Assembly (NCBI GenBank): GCA_963783885.1
Contig: CAWAPJ010000028.1
Coordinates: forward strand, 1-64,000
Direction of reading: 5' to 3'
Source: Waddliaceae bacterium
GTDB taxonomy: Bacteria > Chlamydiota > Chlamydiia > Chlamydiales > SLFE01
DNA length: 64,000 nucleotides
The notes below the pieces were generated by a model. It saw only the letters and a list, made by a program, of their open reading frames with translations. It was not told the origin of the DNA and did no database searches. Position numbers and translations under genes: made by a program. Of this stretch, positions 59,531 through 64,000 are shown piece by piece. How positions within the stretch are numbered: the first letter of the stretch is position 1; every line of letters starts with the position of its first letter.

Positions 59531-59561
59531 CCTGCTTCGTAAGCGAATAAGATCTTGATTC
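59531..59561 (+). repeat. 31-bp direct repeat, right copy
   Basis: Identical to 43322-43352. Confidence 0.95.
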
Positions 59562-59590
59562 TTTTGACTGTGTTCTGTATAAGTGCTGTT

Positions 59591-60718
59591 ATGATTAACA
59601 ACATTAGAGCAGAACACAATCAACGCCAAGAAGAAATCAAAACATTGATCCAAGAGGGCGCCAATCTGCTACCAAAACCCGCAGAAGAAAGGAAAAAATT
59701 TAGAAAGATTGTCAAGAGATTGATCCTCAAAAAAGAAGCAGATGAATGCGCCAGAAAACTGATCAAAGATAAAATCACACATCTTGAAAATCGTCATTGG
59801 GGATTGACAGGCACTAAATATGCTAATGGTTTCGGCACTTTACTCCAACTATTTGGAGTCATTTTGTATGCCACCGATCAAGGACAAACGATAACCAGCA
59901 TCTCCTTTCAGGACGACGATGATTATGGTCAAACAGGGCTCAATATAGGTTTAACAGTAACCAGCCTTGCTGCAGGAGCGTTGTTTGGTACCGGTCAAAT
60001 CATTCGCTATATCGCCGTCAAAGTTTTAAAAGACACTTTTGAATACAAAGAACTCAATTTTGAGGAACAAAAAGACTTAAGGAAAATCATTAAGCTCTAT
60101 GAGGATATCCGCTCGATAACTGTCGAAGCCAAAAATGGTAAGTCAAAAGATGAAGTCATAAAAGAAAAACTTCAGTTGCTGCTGAATGCCATACCTGATA
60201 TTCCCGATAAGTATGAAGATTTTCCAATATTTGAAAATAAAAATGACCTTATCTCCTATATTTTGCTAAGCCTTCCTGAAGATCATTTTATTCGCAAACA
60301 ACTTAAAGATTTTGAAAGTTCCACGGAAAGCGGCACTTCTTCGGAATCATCTTCTGACTCGGACACCTCTCTTAGCTATATGCAGGAACCGCCGATTACG
60401 ACATATCCTAGAAGCAGCTATAAAAATTTTGTCAAAATGACAATGGATAAAAAAAATTTGGAAGGATATGCGCAGCCGCCCTCCATTGAATATCTACAGA
60501 GAAAGTTCCAACTATGCAACGAATGGCTGGATATAGAATCCTACACTAACTGCTCCATTCCTTATCTCCTCATCGGCGGAACAAAGATCAAAAGGAACTT
60601 AGTATTCTGCGAAGTTGATTATCAAACCTTTAAGAAAAATCTGCATAGCGATCTTTCAATTACTGACACGGATACGTCTGACGATTCGGACTTTGTTGAC
60701 CTTGAAGCCCAAGTTTAA
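59591..60718 (+). CDS. Hypothetical protein with two adjacent hydrophobic segments (Inc-like)
   Basis: GFGTLLQLFGVILYA and IGLTVTSLAAGALFGTGQII flanked by coiled-coil and Ser/Asp-rich regions; start uncertain. Confidence 0.65.
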   Translation: MINNIRAEHNQRQEEIKTLIQEGANLLPKPAEERKKFRKIVKRLILKKEADECARKLIKDKITHLENRHWGLTGTKYANGFGTLLQLFGVILYATDQGQTITSISFQDDDDYGQTGLNIGLTVTSLAAGALFGTGQIIRYIAVKVLKDTFEYKELNFEEQKDLRKIIKLYEDIRSITVEAKNGKSKDEVIKEKLQLLLNAIPDIPDKYEDFPIFENKNDLISYILLSLPEDHFIRKQLKDFESSTESGTSSESSSDSDTSLSYMQEPPITTYPRSSYKNFVKMTMDKKNLEGYAQPPSIEYLQRKFQLCNEWLDIESYTNCSIPYLLIGGTKIKRNLVFCEVDYQTFKKNLHSDLSITDTDTSDDSDFVDLEAQV

Positions 60719-60760
60719 AAATATAGCTTTTATCATCCATTTTTCCTATAGTGCCAATTG

Positions 60761-61129
60761 ATGGATGAAGAAAGACTGCAGCAAATTAAAGTGGATCATC
60801 AGGTCCACAAAGAGCTGACTTCAGTACTTGCCAATGAAAGGACTTATGCTGCCTGGGTCAGGACAGGATTGACAACATTGGCGACGGGACTAGTCGTAGC
60901 GAAATTTTTAAACGGAGTCCTTCCCGAAAAGCTCATACCGGTTATCGCGTTTCTCCTTTTCTTCTGTTCGTTTTCATTTTTTACGATCGCCACATGGCGC
61001 TATTCCCATGTAGGAACTCGCCTTCCTGCGGTTCGCATTGCCGGAGCTTCCACAAGAATTCTGTTTATTCTCACGCTCATCCTGGGCATTGTCACCATAG
61101 CGATCGTTATTGGAATGTTAATCATTTGA
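60761..61129 (+). CDS. DUF202 (YidH-like) membrane protein
   Basis: LANERTYAAWVRTGL. Confidence 0.9.
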   Translation: MDEERLQQIKVDHQVHKELTSVLANERTYAAWVRTGLTTLATGLVVAKFLNGVLPEKLIPVIAFLLFFCSFSFFTIATWRYSHVGTRLPAVRIAGASTRILFILTLILGIVTIAIVIGMLII

Positions 61130-61139
61130 GGCTTAAAGG

Positions 61140-61859
61140 ATGAAGCTGCATAAACGAACTCTCAAACTTTTAAGAATCTATACTCACGGCAATTGGTTTT
61201 ATCTCTTTCACGCCCTCATTGTTTTGCTTGTCATCTATCCCTATGTGGAACAATCGAATATGCGCCATGGGCCCTGGATCCTCTATTTGCTGAACACCTT
61301 TGTGATTGTCGCTATTGTCTATGAGACCAGCTTTACCAGGTTGCAGCTTATTTTAGCCTTCATCTTCGGTTTTGTGATATTGGCTCTCTATTGGACCCCT
61401 ACCTACATCCCTACGGCATTGGCCCAGTTCATCTTGCACTCGATACTCTATATATACGCAATTATTATGGTTCTACGCTCTCTTACTAAAGTCCAAAAAG
61501 CCGATACCGAAACGGTTTACGGAACGATTTCCCTCTATATTTTGCTCGGACTTTTCTGGACCAATATTTACCAAATAATTGCTCTTACTATTCCCGGAGC
61601 TTTTACTTTTACCGATCCGAGCCTCGAAAAAACATTGAACTGGTCGGATTATCTTTATTACTCATTCATCACCCTCACAACCGTCGGTTATGGAGATATT
61701 GTCCCCCTGGCCCCACAGGCGAGGTCTACGGCAATTCTCGAGGCCACAACAGGGGTTTTATTCATTGCCGTTATGGTCTCGAAAACCATCGGCCTTTATG
61801 TAGTTGAACTCAGAAATCGTTCTAAAGAAGAAGAAAACAAGCTCAAGGAAACAAAATGA
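61140..61859 (+). CDS. Potassium channel family protein
   Basis: YYSFITLTTVGYGDIVP selectivity filter. Confidence 0.9.
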   Translation: MKLHKRTLKLLRIYTHGNWFYLFHALIVLLVIYPYVEQSNMRHGPWILYLLNTFVIVAIVYETSFTRLQLILAFIFGFVILALYWTPTYIPTALAQFILHSILYIYAIIMVLRSLTKVQKADTETVYGTISLYILLGLFWTNIYQIIALTIPGAFTFTDPSLEKTLNWSDYLYYSFITLTTVGYGDIVPLAPQARSTAILEATTGVLFIAVMVSKTIGLYVVELRNRSKEEENKLKETK

Positions 61860-62299
61860 CATACAAAAAAATACTTGTCTCAGCGGACTTGGTTCATATA
61901 GAAAAAAGCTTTGTCGCCAACAAAGCAGTCGAACTCAACAGTTTTTACCAGGCAGAGATGCACTTAATCCACGTTGTCGAGAGATTTTACGCCTACGGTT
62001 CCCCTCCTTTTCCAGCAGATATTACCGAATGGCAAAGTGAGTTTGTCAAGGCCGCGGAAAAAAAACTCAATAAATTGGGAAATTTTATGGGGGTTCCTCC
62101 AGCCAATCAACATGTGGTTATCGGCAGCCCAAGAGAAGAGATTATTGATACAGCAGAACAAATCGGGGCCGATCTGATCATTATCGGGAGCCACAGCCGC
62201 AAGGGATTAAGTTATATGATACTAGGATCGACTGCCGACGGAGTTGTCCACGCCGCCGAATGCGACGTCTGGGTTGTCCGCGTCAAGCCAAAATCTTAA
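61856..62299 (+). CDS. Universal stress protein
   Basis: YKKILV, ADLIIIGSH, ILGSTADGVVH..CDVWVV. Confidence 0.9.
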   Translation: MTYKKILVSADLVHIEKSFVANKAVELNSFYQAEMHLIHVVERFYAYGSPPFPADITEWQSEFVKAAEKKLNKLGNFMGVPPANQHVVIGSPREEIIDTAEQIGADLIIIGSHSRKGLSYMILGSTADGVVHAAECDVWVVRVKPKS

Positions 62300-62312
62300 T
62301 CAATGAGGTAAC

Positions 62313-62891
62313 ATGAAACCAAAAATTTTAGCCTTTGCTGGCAGCGCCCGAAAGGATTCTGTAAACAAAAAGCTGATAAAAATCGCAAGCCGCGGCGTCG
62401 AAGAGGCCGGCGGAGAGCTAACCCTAATCGATATCGCCGACTACCCCATCCCGCTTTACAACGGCGACCTGGAAGCTGCTGAAGGCCTCCCCGAAAACGC
62501 CAAAAAACTGAAAAAACTCTTTATCGAGCATGACGGCTTTCTTTTTTCATCGCCAGAATACAATAGCGCCATATCCGGCGTCTTCAAAAATTTGATCGAC
62601 TGGGTCTCCCGTCCTGAAGACACCGACCCCTATTACCTCGTCGCTTATAAGGATAAAGTCGCCGGCCTGATGAGCGCATCACCCGGAAACCTGGGAGGCC
62701 TCAGGGGTCTTTTCGTCCTTCGCAATATCCTTCAGAATGTCGGAACTCATGTCATTCCGGATTTGGTGACAGTCAGAGGCGCCTATGAGGCGTTTGATGA
62801 AAACGGAGAGCTCAAAGACAAGAAAAAGGCCGAAAGTGCGAAAAATTTAGCAAAAACCCTTGTGAAAACAACCGCAAAACTGAAAGGTTAA
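62313..62891 (+). CDS. NADPH-dependent FMN reductase
   Basis: FAGSARKDSVN, SPEYNSAISGVFKNLIDWVSR, SASPGNLGGLR. Confidence 0.9.
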   Translation: MKPKILAFAGSARKDSVNKKLIKIASRGVEEAGGELTLIDIADYPIPLYNGDLEAAEGLPENAKKLKKLFIEHDGFLFSSPEYNSAISGVFKNLIDWVSRPEDTDPYYLVAYKDKVAGLMSASPGNLGGLRGLFVLRNILQNVGTHVIPDLVTVRGAYEAFDENGELKDKKKAESAKNLAKTLVKTTAKLKG

Positions 62892-63817
62892 TCATTTTCC
62901 AAATCCCTTTCTTCAGCAACAGGTTCTTCATTCTCTTCTTCAACAACCGCTTCTTCCGATTTGAATTCAATGATATTGGCTTTTTCAACAAATTTTTTCC
63001 AAGTATCCTGGCGCCGTTTAACATGTGATTTAAAACTGCTCAGCTCTCCATGAAATATATCATCACTAATAGAATCAAGGGAAGTTTCCATACTTCCTTT
63101 ATGTGAGTATAAATATCTCAAGGAATTCACCATGTTCACCAGAGGATCCTCATCAGGTGATTTTATGAGACGGTCATCCCAAAAAGGCCTGGAATCAATG
63201 ATTTTTAATTGCTGTTTTTTTACTTGTTGTTTTACCTGTTCAATTTTTCTAGTCAATTCTTCAGTAATTTGTTGACGCTTCTCGTCATCTTTAATTTTTC
63301 CCAATGCGCATTGTAGAAAATTCATAGCCTTAACAATGTATCCTTGCGCTTTGTCTGATTCTTCTTTGGATTTGTAGGTTCGCAAATAAATGATCAAACC
63401 TTCGATTGCTTTTTCAAACACAAACTTGATAGCATCGATCCGCTCATTTTTTTGAGTGAGGTCATAAAGACATATAGCTCTGACGACAATACCTATCCAG
63501 GCTTTTGATTGTAAACGGGTGTGTTGTTCTGAAGTAAATTGCGACCAGGTTCTGACAACCTGATTCATAGTGGTATCCGGACATAATTTGACCACTTTTT
63601 CGTAGTAGTAAAATCTCATATTCAACTGCTCGGTCTGACTTAAAAGAGGAACAATTGCCGCTACGCAAAGACTTGTGATAGGTTCATAGGGTCGTTTGTC
63701 AACGCTAACTACCTCACTCCGATTGTTATTCCTATAATTATTGACCCCTGTTGCTACAGTTTGACCTATACTATAAAATCCAACCCCCAGACTTGCTGCC
63801 AATGTGAACGGTTCCAT
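62888..63817 (-). CDS. Hypothetical protein
   Basis: 309-aa ORF with SD AGGAG and acidic tail; no recognised motif. Confidence 0.7.
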   Translation of the reverse strand: MEPFTLAASLGVGFYSIGQTVATGVNNYRNNNRSEVVSVDKRPYEPITSLCVAAIVPLLSQTEQLNMRFYYYEKVVKLCPDTTMNQVVRTWSQFTSEQHTRLQSKAWIGIVVRAICLYDLTQKNERIDAIKFVFEKAIEGLIIYLRTYKSKEESDKAQGYIVKAMNFLQCALGKIKDDEKRQQITEELTRKIEQVKQQVKKQQLKIIDSRPFWDDRLIKSPDEDPLVNMVNSLRYLYSHKGSMETSLDSISDDIFHGELSSFKSHVKRRQDTWKKFVEKANIIEFKSEEAVVEEENEEPVAEERDLEND

Positions 63818-64000
63818 AGCTATCTCCTATGTGCCAAAAATACTTTTATTCAATCATATGATTGGCATATTTGGCAATAAGTGTCTACAGCTAAATTAAA
63901 TTAATCTCTTAATTTCTGCAGAAGAACCGGGTGTCCGACGTATGGGGTCCACCTCAGTATGTATTTTAGAACCAGGTGCTCCCGCTGAGTATTAACTACT

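Noticed and set aside
1-64000. CRISPR array, tRNA or rRNA genes
   Set aside because: No repeat-spacer series and no recognisable tRNA arms or rRNA sequence; the 36-bp repeats at 21578-21732 are contiguous and protein-coding.

Overview
Chromosomal window of an environmental chlamydia (Parachlamydiales-like). This is inferred from the fused glyQS, the Slc1/CT043-type T3SS chaperone next to glgX, and the ssb-pepA and lysS-cysS blocks. Housekeeping genes (asd, pepA, ssb, ppdK, glgX, IHF/HU, tyrS, uvrC, glyQS, dnaG, tpx, lysS, cysS) are interleaved with eukaryote-like candidate effectors (RasGEF-like, ankyrin, SET, BTB-BACK-MATH, F-box-LRR) and a divergent arginase / clavaminate-synthase-like dioxygenase / transporter cluster. 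The most unusual signals are in mobile DNA. (1) A ~16-kb island (43353-59530) is bounded by a 31-bp direct repeat and holds three co-oriented IS91-family right ends; the first two are fused to truncated captured genes and the third to the island border. (2) A ~160-nt hairpin with a near-identical double GAA-mini-hairpin apex sits in the 3' ends of two unrelated IS families (IS256 and IS3). (3) A two-copy palindromic MITE with an 8-bp target duplication lies directly upstream of ribosome-binding sites. (4) A nested IS903-like / IS982 / GxxExxY composite has both target duplications intact. No rRNA, tRNA or CRISPR array was recognised. All family calls are by-eye motif recognition, not database searches, and the island junctions need read-level confirmation.
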